Of a stretch of DNA of 64,000 nt, positions 36,593 to 45,672 are shown piece after piece. Numbering within the stretch: the stretch's first letter is position 1; each line of letters opens with the position of its first letter. The position numbers and the translations under genes were made by a program. The notes beneath the pieces are model-generated. The model saw only the letters and a list, made by a program, of their open reading frames with translations. It was not told the origin of the DNA and did not search any database. Source of the stretch: an uncultured archaeon (GTDB taxonomy: Archaea; Thermoproteota; Bathyarchaeia; 40CM-2-53-6; CALIRQ01); contig CALIRQ010000006.1 of assembly GCA_938042195.1 (NCBI GenBank), positions 46,868-110,867 on the forward strand, given 5' to 3'.

Positions 36593-37105
36593 TTGGAAGG
36601 GGAAGCCCAAAGGTTCGATGGCCGCATCCGCGGGAGGGCGGCGGTGATACCTAACGGCGGGGCCATAGGGGAGCTCAGGGAGAGGGGGTTCGGTGAGCCG
36701 AGGAATGGCGATCTCATACTCTCCCCGTACGAGGCGTTCTACCTCATCGAGAAGGGAAAGCTCAGGATATTGGATCCTAAGGGGGGAAGGGAGCTATCGC
36801 TCGAGGAGATCGTCGGGAGGCTATCGAGGGGCAGGGCCGAGGTTTGGCTGAAGTATTTGGTCTTCAAGGACCTCAGGGATCGCGGCTACATAGTGAGGGA
36901 CTTCAAGGGGATGAACTTGGAGGTCTATGGGAAGGGGCCCCAGAGGAGGATCGCGAGGATCATTTACGAGGGCGGGGAGGCGAGCTTGGATGAGCTCAGG
37001 AGGGCGCTCAGGGCATCAGCGAGGGCCGGAAGGGAGCTCATATTGGCGGTCGTGGATAGGAGGACCGACATAGTGTATTATTCCCTGGGCGAGCTGAAGC
37101 TGTGA
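36593..37105 (+). CDS. endA: tRNA splicing endonuclease, structural (beta) subunit
   Basis: LSPYEAFYLIEKG, KYLVFKDLRDRGYIV and LILAVVDRRTDIVYYSL (L10 loop/beta9). The catalytic Tyr position is kept (LEVY), but there is no His after it and the catalytic Lys segment reads RAGRE. Confidence 0.87.
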   Translation: MEGEAQRFDGRIRGRAAVIPNGGAIGELRERGFGEPRNGDLILSPYEAFYLIEKGKLRILDPKGGRELSLEEIVGRLSRGRAEVWLKYLVFKDLRDRGYIVRDFKGMNLEVYGKGPQRRIARIIYEGGEASLDELRRALRASARAGRELILAVVDRRTDIVYYSLGELKL

Positions 37106-37117
37106 GGGGCCGAGGGG

Positions 37118-38437
37118 TTGACGAGGTTCGCGGTTCCGAGGGGAATGAGGGACCTATGGCCCGAGGATTGGGCCAAGATGGATTGGATGGGGAGGAGGAT
37201 ACTCGACGTCCTGATTGGCTATGGCTTCAAGCCCGTTGAGCCCTCGAAGATCGAGCTGTTGGAGACTCTGGAGGCGAAGAGCGGCCCATCGATAAAGGAG
37301 GAGATCTATTGGTTCGAGGACAAGGCCGGCAGGCCCTTGGGCCTTAGGTTCGATCTCACGGTGGGGCTGGCCCGAATGGTCGCCGGGAGGCCCGACCTCC
37401 CATTGCCGGCCAAGTTCTGCGCGATATCGGATATGTGGCGCTACGATGAGCCCCAATTCGCCAGGTATAGGCATTTTTGGCAATGGGATGCGGAGATCTT
37501 CGGATCCGAGCTCGCTGAGGCGGATGCGGAGGTCATCTCGGCTGGGATCGATGTCCTAAGGGCCGTTGGGATAGTGAACTTCGAGGTGAGGATAAGCGAT
37601 AGGAAGCTGGCCGAGGGGTTCCTGAGGGGGATGGGCATCGGGGATCCAGCGCGGCTCGGGGAGGCCATAAGGATCTTGGATAAGCGAGGGAAGCTATCCC
37701 GAGGGGAGTTCCTAGGGGAGCTGAGGTCCCTCGGCCTAGACGATAGGCAGATCGAGGGGATATTGGATTTCGTCTCCATAAAGGCGCCCCTGGAGGAGGG
37801 GCTGAGCAGGGCGAGGGGCTTGGGCCTCGAGCGCGGTATGGCCGAGGAGGGGTTGAAGGAGCTCGAGGGCTTGGCCGATGCCCTGAGGGGCTTCGGGATC
37901 GGCCAAGAGGCCGTCTTGGACCTGAGCGTGGTGAGGGGATTGGATTATTACGACGGCATCGTATTCGAGGCTTATGATCGGGGCGGGGAGGATATAGGCG
38001 CCATCTTCGGGGGCGGGAGATACGATGGGCTCTGCGGCATTTACGGGCGGAATGTCCCCGGGACCGGATTGGCCGGCGGGATGGAGCGCATGATGCTCTC
38101 CTTAGAGCGCTCGGCCCTCTTCCCGAAGCTCAGGAGCGGGCCGCTAGTCTTCGTGGCATCCGCCAACGAGGCCGTTAGGAAGGAGGCGATCCGGATGGCC
38201 CAAAGGCTCAGGGCTAAGGGGATACCCGCTGAGTTCGATCTGAAGGGGAGGTCCCTCAGGGGCCAGATGGAGTATGCGGCCGGATCGGGCATGCCCTACG
38301 CCTTGATAATTGGGCCCAGGGAATTGGAGAAGGGGGTAGTTAAGTTGAGGGATTTGGGCGCGAGGTCCGAGGAGGAGCTGAGCGCGGAGGATTGCCTCAA
38401 GAAGCTCTCGGACTTAGCCAGATCCTTCGCCCGCTGA
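37118..38437 (+). CDS. hisS: Histidyl-tRNA synthetase
   Basis: PRGMRD, LRFDLT, WRYDEPQFARYRHFWQ, RGLDYYDG, GGGRYDGL, anticodon-binding domain. Confidence 0.96.
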   Translation: MTRFAVPRGMRDLWPEDWAKMDWMGRRILDVLIGYGFKPVEPSKIELLETLEAKSGPSIKEEIYWFEDKAGRPLGLRFDLTVGLARMVAGRPDLPLPAKFCAISDMWRYDEPQFARYRHFWQWDAEIFGSELAEADAEVISAGIDVLRAVGIVNFEVRISDRKLAEGFLRGMGIGDPARLGEAIRILDKRGKLSRGEFLGELRSLGLDDRQIEGILDFVSIKAPLEEGLSRARGLGLERGMAEEGLKELEGLADALRGFGIGQEAVLDLSVVRGLDYYDGIVFEAYDRGGEDIGAIFGGGRYDGLCGIYGRNVPGTGLAGGMERMMLSLERSALFPKLRSGPLVFVASANEAVRKEAIRMAQRLRAKGIPAEFDLKGRSLRGQMEYAAGSGMPYALIIGPRELEKGVVKLRDLGARSEEELSAEDCLKKLSDLARSFAR

Positions 38438-38526
38438 GCCTTCGGGCAAGGCCCATGGGATTATCCCTCAGGCCTCTCCAATCCCGATAATATTAAATAG
38501 GCGGGTTTTCCCTTCCAACGTTCAAG

Positions 38527-38624
38527 GCATCCGGGGGAGCTGGGGGAACCCGGCTGAGAGGGTGGCAGATCCGCCACCGACCCTTGGAACCTGATCCGGG
38601 TAATGCCGGCGAAGGGAGGGATGC
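38527..38624 (+). promoter_or_regulatory. TPP (THI-box) riboswitch
   Basis: P1 GCAUCC/GGAUGC; conserved GCUGAGA, GACCC, GAACCUGAUC and GGGUAAUGCCGGCGAAGGGA; TATA-like ATTAAATA about 30 nt upstream; directly upstream of thiW. Confidence 0.93.
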
Positions 38625-38724
38625 GGTGGATGGGCTATCCGCCGAAGCCCAGCCGAGCGCTGGGGCTCCTTCTCCGATCCGGATCCGTTCCCCCGGGTGC
38701 ATCGAAGCTCGGAGGTGAATGCAT

Positions 38725-39294
38725 ATGAAGGCTGGCGAAAGGGGGTTGACCCTGAATTTGATCCTCGCGGCTTGCCTAACGGCCTTGGGGGTGGCCATAG
38801 CGCCCTTCTTCTATTTCCCGTTTCTGGGAACGAGGGCTTTCCCAGGGCAGCATTTGATCAACGCGCTAACGGGCGTCATCCTCGGGCCTTGGTGGGGCGC
38901 CCTGGTCGCCGTCCTGATAGGCATCGTTAGGAACCTGCTCGGCGTGGGGACCATATTCGCCTTCCCGGGCGGGATCCCCGGCGCCATCGTGGTCGGCTTG
39001 GCCTATGGGGCAATGCGGCGCTTCAAGGGGAGGCGCTTCCGCTACGCGGCGGCCCTGTTCGAGCCCCTTGGGACCGTTCTGATAGGAGCGACTTTCTCGC
39101 TCTTCTTGGTTGCGCCCATAATAGGCTGGAGGCCCCTCTTGAGCTTGATTGAGGGATTGGGCCCGCTCCCAGCGCTCCTAACGCTCTGGTTCGGCTGGTC
39201 GATAAGCTCCGTGACCGGCAGCGCGATGGGCTATATTGTCCTCCTAATCCTTGATAGGGTGGGCCTCATGGGCAAATTGTCCAAATCGCCTTGA
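38725..39294 (+). CDS. thiW: ECF-type thiazole/thiamine precursor transporter S component ThiW
   Basis: TRAFPGQHLINAL, LGVGTIFAFPGGIPGA, EPLGT; fully hydrophobic. Confidence 0.9.
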   Translation: MKAGERGLTLNLILAACLTALGVAIAPFFYFPFLGTRAFPGQHLINALTGVILGPWWGALVAVLIGIVRNLLGVGTIFAFPGGIPGAIVVGLAYGAMRRFKGRRFRYAAALFEPLGTVLIGATFSLFLVAPIIGWRPLLSLIEGLGPLPALLTLWFGWSISSVTGSAMGYIVLLILDRVGLMGKLSKSP

Positions 39295-39312
39295 ATACGG
39301 GGCGCGGGGCAG

Positions 39313-39942
39313 GTGAAGGGATCGACGCTGGCTCGCAGGAGGATTGGCCCGGAGGAGGGCATCCCCTTTCGAGAATTGCTGGGCAGGAGGGTCCTGATCC
39401 TAGGGGAGGTCGGGAGCGGGAAGAGCAGGCTCACCGCCAAATTGCTCGGGGAGGCTGTCCGCCTAGGCTATTCGAATAGGATTGCCGTGATCGATCTATC
39501 TCCGGAGATAAGGCTTCCCTCCGGGGAGGTCGTGGGGGCCCCCCTCACCCGCTATATGGAGATAGGGCCGCCGATCAAATACATGAGGCCCTCTGGGATC
39601 AGGGCCCCGAGGCTCGAGGGGAGGGATCGAGAGGAGGTATTGAGGTTTGCCGAGGAGAACGCGAGGGCCATAGAGGCCGTTTTCGACGAGTACCTGAGGG
39701 AGGCGCGGGAAATCCTTTTCATGAACGACGTCAGCATATACCTCCATAGAGGCGGACTGGACCGTTTGCTCTCGGTCCTCTCCGAGGCGGATACCTCTAT
39801 ATTAAATGGATACCACGGGGCCCGCCTCAGCGAGGATAGGGGTTCGGGCATCTCGAAGAGAGAGAGGGCCCTGATGGAGGATTTGGCCGATAGGATGGAT
39901 TTGCTCATCGAGATGGATCGCTCTTCCACGGAAGGCCTTTAG
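39313..39942 (+). CDS. P-loop NTPase of unknown function (HerA/DUF87-like N-terminus)
   Basis: VLILGEVGSGKS Walker A followed by IAVIDLSPE. Confidence 0.7.
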   Translation: MKGSTLARRRIGPEEGIPFRELLGRRVLILGEVGSGKSRLTAKLLGEAVRLGYSNRIAVIDLSPEIRLPSGEVVGAPLTRYMEIGPPIKYMRPSGIRAPRLEGRDREEVLRFAEENARAIEAVFDEYLREAREILFMNDVSIYLHRGGLDRLLSVLSEADTSILNGYHGARLSEDRGSGISKRERALMEDLADRMDLLIEMDRSSTEGL

Positions 39943-39957
39943 CTATAGACCGAGGTT

Positions 39958-40081
39958 TGGTGCGGGGGGTGGGATTCGAACCCACGAAGGCCTGCGCCAC
40001 AGGATATCGCATCCTGCGACGGATCTTAAGTCTGGCACCCCGTTGGGCCCTGCCCCTTTGGCCTGACTCGGGAACCCCCGC
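39958..40081 (-). tRNA. tRNA-Leu(UAA) with two introns (30/31, 37/38)
   Basis: Removing 40048-40032 (17 nt) and 40024-40006 (19 nt) gives an 88-nt tRNA with anticodon arm CAGGA-CUUAAGA-UCCUG, a long variable arm, A73 and CCA. Confidence 0.88.
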
Positions 40082-40138
40082 CGTTGGACGGCATCTAAAG
40101 ATATAAAGGGCTGGAGAAAAATATTCCCAGTCAGCGGA

Positions 40139-40232
40139 GGGCCCGTGGCTCAGCCTGGATAGGGTTAAGGGCGTCCAAAGCGGCGGCCTCCTAAGTCGTA
40201 GGTCGTGGGTTCGAATCCCACCGGGCCCGCCA
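40139..40232 (+). tRNA. tRNA-Arg(CCU) with one intron (22/23)
   Basis: Removing 40163-40178 (16 nt; central helix GGAU/GUCC) restores the D-stem GCUC/GAGC; anticodon CCU; CCA encoded. Confidence 0.9.
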
Positions 40233-40416
40233 ACCCCCCATTCCAACGCCCTTTCGCTTCGATGAAAGGCCGAGGCGGCCCCTTCCAGCCGCCCCGGGCT
40301 AAGACCGGGGAAAATCCTTTCCTCAATTGCCCACCAGCTTCCCCCAGTGGCAGGATCCGGAGGGGCTCGGAAATGCTAAAAGCCAAAATGGACCCTTGGA
40401 TTCGGCGGGAGGGAGA

Positions 40417-41553
40417 ATGGCCCGATATAAGATAGCCAAGCTCCCCGGCGATGGTATAGGCCGCGATGTCATGGAGGCTGCCGACATCGTGCTCGAGGCC
40501 CTGCAGCTGGATGCGGAGTATATCGAGGGGGATATAGGATGGGAGTTTTGGAAGAGGGAGGGCAATGCGCTACCGGATCGAACGATAGAGCTGCTGAAGG
40601 AAACGGACTGCGCATTGCTTGGGGCGATAACCTCGAAGCCGAGGGAGGAGGCCGAGAGGGAGCTCGATCCAGCATTGAAAGGGATGGGCTACTCCTACGT
40701 CAGCCCGGTCGTAAAGATGCGCCAGATCCTCAACCTCCATACGAACATGCGGCCCTGCAAGGCCTATCCGGGGAACCCGTTGAATTATAGGGATGGCATC
40801 GATATAGTGATCTTCCGGGAGAACACCGAATGCCTCTATTCCGGGGTGGAGTTCCATCCCCTCCCGAGGGAGGTCTTCGATGCCCTATCCATCAACCCGG
40901 CCATGAGGAGGTTCGAGAAATACGGGTTGGAGAACATAGCCCTAACGGCTCGCATTATAACGCGCCAAGCCTGCGAGAACATAGCCCGGCAGGCATTCGA
41001 ATACGCGAGGAGGTACAAGAGGAGGTCCGTCACCGTGGTCGATAAGCCGAACGTCCTCAGGGAGACCGGCTGGATGATGGTGAGCTCCGCCAGGAGGGTG
41101 GCCAAGGATTATCCGGAGATTCCCCTCCGAGAAGCGAACATAGACTCCCAATGCATGTGGCTGCTGAAGAACCCCTTAGATTATGATGTCATAGTGGCGT
41201 CGAACATGTTTGGGGACATATTGTCGGATCTGGCGGCCCAGCTGGTTGGGGGGCTCGGCTTCTCCCCTTCGGCGAACATAGGCGATGATTACGCCGTATT
41301 CGAGCCAACGCACGGCTCGGCGCCGAAATACGCCGGCCAATATAGGGCGAATCCGATAGCGATGATCCTCTCCGTTAAGCTCATGTTGGATTGGCTCGGG
41401 GAGGCCGAGATGGCCAATCGCTTGGAGGGCGCGGTGGCAAGGGTAATCCGCGAGGGGCGGGTGAGGACCTATGATATGGGCGGGAACAATACGACGCTCG
41501 AGGTAGCCCGCGAGATAGCAAAATATGTTCGGAATGAAGGGGGCTGCGCCTAG
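40417..41553 (+). CDS. Isocitrate/isopropylmalate dehydrogenase family
   Basis: PGDGIG, RENTECLY, KPNV, NMFGDILSD, FEPTHGSAPKYAG, ANPIA. Confidence 0.92.
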   Translation: MARYKIAKLPGDGIGRDVMEAADIVLEALQLDAEYIEGDIGWEFWKREGNALPDRTIELLKETDCALLGAITSKPREEAERELDPALKGMGYSYVSPVVKMRQILNLHTNMRPCKAYPGNPLNYRDGIDIVIFRENTECLYSGVEFHPLPREVFDALSINPAMRRFEKYGLENIALTARIITRQACENIARQAFEYARRYKRRSVTVVDKPNVLRETGWMMVSSARRVAKDYPEIPLREANIDSQCMWLLKNPLDYDVIVASNMFGDILSDLAAQLVGGLGFSPSANIGDDYAVFEPTHGSAPKYAGQYRANPIAMILSVKLMLDWLGEAEMANRLEGAVARVIREGRVRTYDMGGNNTTLEVAREIAKYVRNEGGCA

Positions 41554-41570
41554 AGCAGTCTGAGCCCTCG

Positions 41571-42413
41571 CTAAACATTCGCGAAGAGGAGTACCGAAAA
41601 AGCGGCCGTCGAGATCCCGAAGATCTTCGAGGCCTTCACCTCCTCGCGCCAAATCAGGATGGCCAAGGCGCTCGTGAATACGAAGCTCAATTGGACGATG
41701 GAGAAGCTCACGCTGACATCCCCGTATTTTAGGGATTCCAGGAGGAGCAGGAACGCGGATGCGAGGAGGATCCCGCAAAATGGCGCATGGGTTAGGATTT
41801 GGCGATCGATCCTTAAGGATCGCTTAGAAATCGCCACGGCGAAGGCGCAGGTTATGAAGGTGGCGCCTTGGGCCGTTATGACCCCTATCGGGGTCGATCC
41901 GCCCGAGATCGCGATTTTATAGAGGAGGCCGAATAGGCTGTAGAGGAGCGTGGCCAAGATCAAATGAAGGGGCATGTTCCCCCGCCGGGGATTCGCCCAC
42001 GAGTCCTTGGATAGGGACAATATGCTTATGGCGGAGAAGAGGATCGCGAGGGCCTTCCCCGGGGTCACGGCCTCCCGAAGCATCAAGAAGGCCATGATGG
42101 CCGTTGGTATAAAACTCAACCTGAATATCGGGACGTTCACGCTCGCTTGGCCCTCCCCCAAACTCTTGAAAAAGAGATGGGTCGATAGGTAAAGGAGGAG
42201 GCCACACCCAGCCCCAAACAAAACCGTTCGGCCAGGAATATCGAGGCGGCCGAAGTGGGCGAAGAGCGATAGGCTGGTGGCGTTGAAAAAAGCGGCCTGT
42301 ATGGGGAGGAAGGAGCTCGGGGCGACTCCCTTGGAGCGAGCCCTTTTATATATGAGATCCGATGTCCCCGTGGAAACCATGCTCAAAACCGCCAATAGGA
42401 CCGGATCCATCAT
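41571..42413 (-). CDS. EamA/DMT family transporter
   Basis: About ten hydrophobic segments in two repeats; LREAVTPGKALAI and WREEVKASKIFG. Confidence 0.8.
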   Translation of the reverse strand: MMDPVLLAVLSMVSTGTSDLIYKRARSKGVAPSSFLPIQAAFFNATSLSLFAHFGRLDIPGRTVLFGAGCGLLLYLSTHLFFKSLGEGQASVNVPIFRLSFIPTAIMAFLMLREAVTPGKALAILFSAISILSLSKDSWANPRRGNMPLHLILATLLYSLFGLLYKIAISGGSTPIGVITAQGATFITCAFAVAISKRSLRIDRQILTHAPFCGILLASAFLLLLESLKYGDVSVSFSIVQLSFVFTSALAILIWREEVKASKIFGISTAAFSVLLFANV

Positions 42414-42683
42414 TATCCTCCCATCCCGCTTGCCAGGGGGGGATGGAGGGCCATCGCCCAAAGGCGAGTAAGCCTTCGCTTCGCGATCCCTTCGAGGCCC
42501 CTTGATGAGGGGGATGCGCCCTATAAATCGTTTTCCATAAGATGCTCCCCCCCCACTTGAGAAATTTCGCTTCCCTTATCCAAAATTCGCGTCCATTGCC
42601 CTTCCGCGCAATCTCCATTGCTCGATGATCCGAGCTAAATTTTAAATAGGAAATCCGGGAAGAAATGCCAGCAGTGATCGCAA

Positions 42684-43850
42684 ATGTTGGTCTTCCCAAA
42701 GGAGGAACTCGTTTCCAGGAACCAAAAGTGCATAGAGCTTATGCGGGAAAGGGGCCTGGATGCCATACTGGCCTTCACGGATTATTTCAAGCACGCTTCG
42801 ATCCGCTATCTCACCGGGTATACCTATCAACCCGTATGGCTCGCCTCCTCCACCTATGTTCTCCCACGTGAGGGTGAGCCCACGCTGCTTGTCGACCGTT
42901 TCATGGATGCGGTGAAGGAACAGGTTTGGGTGAGCGACGTCAGGACCATAAGCGGCTGGCTCGAAAGGCCCGGGCCGGCCGGAACTCTGTTGGCGGTGGC
43001 TGAGGCGACAGCGGAGATCCTGCGGGAGAAGGGGCTGGAAAGGTCCAAGATAGGACTGATAGGATACGACATAATGCCGGCCATGTGCCTCGATAGGATA
43101 AAGCACAAACTCCCCGAGGCCCAGTTCGTGGACGTAAGCGAGGAGTTCGAGAGGCTGAGGATGGTCAAAAGCGAGAATGAAATAGCGCTCATCAAGAGGG
43201 CGAACTCGATAATCAGCAAGGGATATGAGGCGGCCATAGAGGCCATAAGGCCCGGAAGGACCGAGGCAGACGTTGGATCTGCGATGATGAAGGCGCTTCT
43301 CGATGCCGGGGCCGATTTCATCCTAGCGCTATGGGTCGTTTCCGGGAAGGCGGCCGAGAGGGTCTATAGGACCCCGCTGATAACGAATAGGGAATTGAAG
43401 AAGGGCGACATGGTTTGGATGGATTGCGGGATGGCGTATAAGGGATATTTCGCGGACGTCGGCAGGACTACGGTCGTCGGCAAGGCCACGGAGAAGCAAA
43501 GGAGGCTTTGCGATGCCGTCCTGAGGATGCATAAGAACGCGGCTGGCATCATGAGGCCCGGCGTGAGGGCTGGCGATATCTACGAGGAGATGAGGCGCAC
43601 GGCTGTGGAGGCGGGATACGGGGACTACTTCAAGCCAGGAGGCTTCGTTGGCCATAACATAGGCGTAACCCTGGACGATTACCCGCTGATAAAGCCCGAT
43701 GAACCGACTCCATTAGAGAAGAACATGGTCATGAACATAGACCCGAAGCTTTTCGTCCCGGGGGTCGGCGGGGCGAGGGTGGAGGACTCCTATCTAATAA
43801 CCGAGGATGGAGCGAAGAGGCTGACCAAGGTCCCGCAGAAGCTTTGGTGA
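42684..43850 (+). CDS. Xaa-Pro aminopeptidase (M24) family
   Basis: RMVKSENEI, DCGMAYKGYFADVGRT, GHNIG, GGARVEDSYLIT. Confidence 0.9.
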   Translation: MLVFPKEELVSRNQKCIELMRERGLDAILAFTDYFKHASIRYLTGYTYQPVWLASSTYVLPREGEPTLLVDRFMDAVKEQVWVSDVRTISGWLERPGPAGTLLAVAEATAEILREKGLERSKIGLIGYDIMPAMCLDRIKHKLPEAQFVDVSEEFERLRMVKSENEIALIKRANSIISKGYEAAIEAIRPGRTEADVGSAMMKALLDAGADFILALWVVSGKAAERVYRTPLITNRELKKGDMVWMDCGMAYKGYFADVGRTTVVGKATEKQRRLCDAVLRMHKNAAGIMRPGVRAGDIYEEMRRTAVEAGYGDYFKPGGFVGHNIGVTLDDYPLIKPDEPTPLEKNMVMNIDPKLFVPGVGGARVEDSYLITEDGAKRLTKVPQKLW

Positions 43851-43937
43851 GCTCGCCGCAACGATTGGATCCAACCTTCCAATATTTTTAAAAAATGTTG
43901 CGCATCTCCGACCTAGTGCGATGATTCAAGCCGAACT

Positions 43938-45257
43938 TCAAATCTCCTCGGCCTTTCCGATCTCCGGGACCCTAGCTTCGGCGATCCCGGATAGGAACTT
44001 CGCCAAAAGCCCCGGATGCTCCGTGTGGATGGGGTATACCCGCCTCGGGCCCACCTTCTCGACCGAGCGCCTTATCTCGTTCGGCATCGCGTGCCCGGAG
44101 CAATGGACCCTGTACATGGGCACTCCGAAATGATCGAGCCAGTTGATCAGCCTCTCCCTCTCGAGCTCCATCTCCTCATTGAACGGCTCGGATGTGGATA
44201 GGAGATAGCAGCTGCCCGGCTCCGGGCCTATGCGGATTATCTCCCTGAGGTCCTGGAACGGGCACGCCAATATCAGCTTCTCTTGGGATCGCTTCACTTC
44301 CTCCGCCCCGATGGCCCGGCATCGGTCCAGCAGCTCTTCCTCCCAGTCATAATAGGATCTCTTGGAGCGCTTGTAAACGAGGATCCGATCGTCGGCCTCG
44401 GGGTCGGGCGGCCTTAAGCCCCTATCCCCCTTCAGGGCCCTCAGGAGATGGGCCTGCCTCATGGGTATGGCCATCCTCCTGCCGCTCTCCTCGGCCACCT
44501 CCAAGAACGTATTCAGCCTATCCAAATCGGCCATCGAGAAGTCCGCCAGCACCAACCCCTTGGATCCGAGGACTATCCTATTGAGCTTATCGCGGACGTC
44601 CAGCTCCCCGATCGCTTCCCCATCCAGGGCGTTCGTCCCCTCGGTGATCATCGCTTCCGGATCCGAGGCCGATGCCCCCTCGATGAAGTCGACGGTCATC
44701 TCGGGTTTGTTGCCATGGAGCCTATAATCCCCCGTATAAACCAAGGATCCATTAGGGGTCCCGATCAAGAAGCCATATGATCCGGGGACGGAATGGTCGA
44801 CATGTATCGGCTCGACTTCGATCGGGCCTACCCTTATCCTCGAGCCCGTCCTGAAGGCGATCAGGGATAGTCCCTCCAAATCGTTCTCCAACCCCCTCGG
44901 CCTGACCACCGAAAGGGCTTCGAGTATGGTCTTGGTTGTTTCGCCGCAATACACGGGAACGTCCCTCCGCAGCAGCGATAGGCAACCGGAGTGATCCGCA
45001 TGGGAATGTGATATGAAAACGGCATCCAATGGCTCGGCCTCCTCGGGCTGGAACCTATAGGCGCCCTCGATCTCTGGGACTATCCCAAGGCCGGCGAGGT
45101 CCTCCCAAGCCCTCGGCGAAAGCCAAGGCTCGGAGTAAAATTTCCTCTTCTCCGAAAAGCTCATGCCGAAATCCAGCAATACTCTGTATCCCTTGCACTC
45201 CAAAAGGACCTTGTTGCCGCCGACCTCACCAACTCCTCCGAGAAACCTCAGGATCAC
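43938..45257 (-). CDS. MBL/beta-CASP ribonuclease (RNase J-like)
   Basis: GGVGEVGGN, SHSHADH, VDHSVPGS, YTGDYRLHG, HCSGHA, PIHTEHP. Confidence 0.85.
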   Translation of the reverse strand: MILRFLGGVGEVGGNKVLLECKGYRVLLDFGMSFSEKRKFYSEPWLSPRAWEDLAGLGIVPEIEGAYRFQPEEAEPLDAVFISHSHADHSGCLSLLRRDVPVYCGETTKTILEALSVVRPRGLENDLEGLSLIAFRTGSRIRVGPIEVEPIHVDHSVPGSYGFLIGTPNGSLVYTGDYRLHGNKPEMTVDFIEGASASDPEAMITEGTNALDGEAIGELDVRDKLNRIVLGSKGLVLADFSMADLDRLNTFLEVAEESGRRMAIPMRQAHLLRALKGDRGLRPPDPEADDRILVYKRSKRSYYDWEEELLDRCRAIGAEEVKRSQEKLILACPFQDLREIIRIGPEPGSCYLLSTSEPFNEEMELERERLINWLDHFGVPMYRVHCSGHAMPNEIRRSVEKVGPRRVYPIHTEHPGLLAKFLSGIAEARVPEIGKAEEI

Positions 45258-45672
45258 GCCAACAGTTCCCCCCGATCCGTCTTTAGGATCCTTCGAATTC
45301 GCCCCCAGCGGGAGTGGCCGCGCGAACGCCCGCCGTTATGCCCAAATCGGATCGGCATTGTAAATCCGCTTTTCCCTCTAGCGCCGTTCCCTTGGGCGCG
45401 GGGGGTTTTATAAAGGGTTCTGAGCGCCCGTGCGCCCCGACGCCCTCCGAAGCTCGAGGTATTCCGCTCGCGTATATAGCGCCGTCGATACCCTATTGGA
45501 TTCTCCCAATGGTCCGTTTGAAATCTTTCAAAATCTGGCCAAAAAGGTCCAAAACGAGCCTTGGAAGATCGTCGAGGAATCGAAATCCCCAGCGGAGACG
45601 GGCCGAGGGAGCGGAGGCCCCAGCGCGGATGGCGGCGATCCCCATCGGCATGGTCGAGCCATAAGCTCGGGC

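Noticed and set aside
35890-36717. mtnA as a simple pseudogene or single-base sequencing frameshift
   Set aside because: The defect is a clean 22-nt insertion with endonuclease-type geometry whose rule-based excision restores the exact motif, and both halves are otherwise intact. Not fully excluded without reads or RNA data.
40002-40021. Second tRNA-Leu intron placed at 38/39 to 41/42 instead of 37/38
   Set aside because: The ATCC direct repeat makes the position ambiguous, but only the 37/38 register gives two 3-nt bulges around a 4-nt central helix.
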